Shown here: positions 31,396 through 32,000 of the stretch, one piece after another
Numbering within the stretch: position 1 is the first letter of the stretch
Layout of the letters: each line of letters starts with the position of its first letter
DNA from: Wolbachia endosymbiont of Dirofilaria (Dirofilaria) immitis
GTDB lineage: Bacteria > Pseudomonadota > Alphaproteobacteria > Rickettsiales > Anaplasmataceae
Direction: 5' to 3'
DNA: 32,000 bases
Assembly (NCBI RefSeq): GCF_013365455.1
Contig: NZ_CP046578.1
Coordinates: 540,001 to 572,000, forward strand
Made by a program: the position numbers and the translations under genes
The notes under the pieces: model-generated
What the model saw: only the letters and a program-made list of their open reading frames with translations
What the model was told of the DNA's origin: nothing
The model's database searches: none

Positions 31396-32000
31396 CTAAG
31401 CTTCATTAGCAAAATGGAAAGTAAGACCAGCTTCTATACCATGTGTAGTCAATAACCCACTACTCGCATTTATATTCTCTTGTTTTTCAATACCTATTAG
31501 TGGAATTCCTCTAACACTGTCGTCAAGAAGTGTCGATCTTGTTCCTGAAGTACCTGACTTTACTTCTCCCAATAAATCTGCTTTTAGCTTATAGCCTTTA
31601 CTAAAGGCACCAAAATGTCTATATCCAACACGCATATTTACATCTTTGTTTATTCGATAAGCAAGACCAGCTTTTAATTGATATGCAGGTCCTACTGATG
31701 CCTCACCAAACATTTTCATTCTTGTTAAACCGATTCCAGCTCCAATGTAAGGAAAGAAAGAGAAACTATCACTTTTTAAGTAATAGCAAGCATTTGCCAT
31801 TATAGATGTGTTCTCAATTCGGTCATTATCAACTTTAGCAGCATACATGTAAGTTTTTCTGTTTTCACCTTCCCCAATCACCCTAAAGTACAATACACTC
31901 ACCCAGTTACCTTTCAAGCCAATATTATCTGCCTTTACAGAAGAATACATCCCTTCTAATTCAGCTCTATAATTATTGTTACCTAACTTTCCTTCATAAC
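31396..32000 (-). CDS. Surface-antigen-type (Msp4/OMP-1/P28/Wsp-like) beta-barrel outer membrane protein. C-terminal part only; the 5' end is outside the window.
   Basis: The reading frame stays open upstream of the track's Met (…YEGKLGNNNYRAELEGMYSSVKADNIGL), so the gene continues past base 32000. It shows alternating amphipathic beta-strand patterns, the E.EG.YS strand motif, and a C-terminal strand GIEAGLTFHF, all typical of Anaplasmataceae surface antigens. Confidence 0.75.
   Translation of the reverse strand, partial: YEGKLGNNNYRAELEGMYSSVKADNIGLKGNWVSVLYFRVIGEGENRKTYMYAAKVDNDRIENTSIMANACYYLKSDSFSFFPYIGAGIGLTRMKMFGEASVGPAYQLKAGLAYRINKDVNMRVGYRHFGAFSKGYKLKADLLGEVKSGTSGTRSTLLDDSVRGIPLIGIEKQENINASSGLLTTHGIEAGLTFHFANEA

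Noticed and set aside
1-32000. CRISPR arrays, IS elements, integrases, toxin-antitoxin pairs, restriction-modification or other defence or mobile modules.
   Set aside because: There are no regularly spaced direct repeats, no transposase, integrase or nuclease-like ORFs, and no terminal inverted repeats. Every ORF of substantial length has a housekeeping assignment.

Overview
AT-rich segment (about 30% GC by eye). Gene content and layout fit the core chromosome of an obligate intracellular alphaproteobacterium of the Anaplasmataceae, and look Ehrlichia-like; this taxon call is an inference from gene set, composition and long spacers, not from a search. I call 22 protein-coding genes and one tRNA. 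Left to right: murG (partial), lpd, pleD, a tatB-like gene, the 1582-aa NAD-glutamate dehydrogenase, clpB, lipA, rpmB, a DUF721/DciA-like gene, iscX, tRNA-Leu(UAA), rpsD, tkt, prmC, ccmF, secF, yidC, ribH, nusB, infA, maf, a Na+:alanine symporter, and a partial surface-antigen-type outer membrane protein. I saw no rRNA, CRISPR array, IS or transposase, phage gene or recognisable defence gene. By my coordinate tally about 7.5 kb (about 23%) lies outside any call. Most of it sits in long ORF-free spacers: 670-1104, 2491-3371, 14100-14984, 18053-18512, 19350-20563, 22547-23407, 24290-24749 and 28310-29842. Several of these carry a strong strand-specific purine or pyrimidine loading. I do not see a convincing novel multi-gene system; this reads as an ordinary housekeeping region. 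The items most worth a second look are: (1) the skewed spacers, which may be eroded genes or unannotated RNAs; (2) a 14-bp-stem inverted repeat enclosing a GC-rich 51-nt core between the OMP and symporter genes; (3) an imperfect 36-bp direct repeat plus a perfect 14-bp palindrome upstream of secF; and (4) the very tight clpB-gdh-tatB-pleD co-directional block. All similarity statements come from my recognition of motifs, not from database searches.
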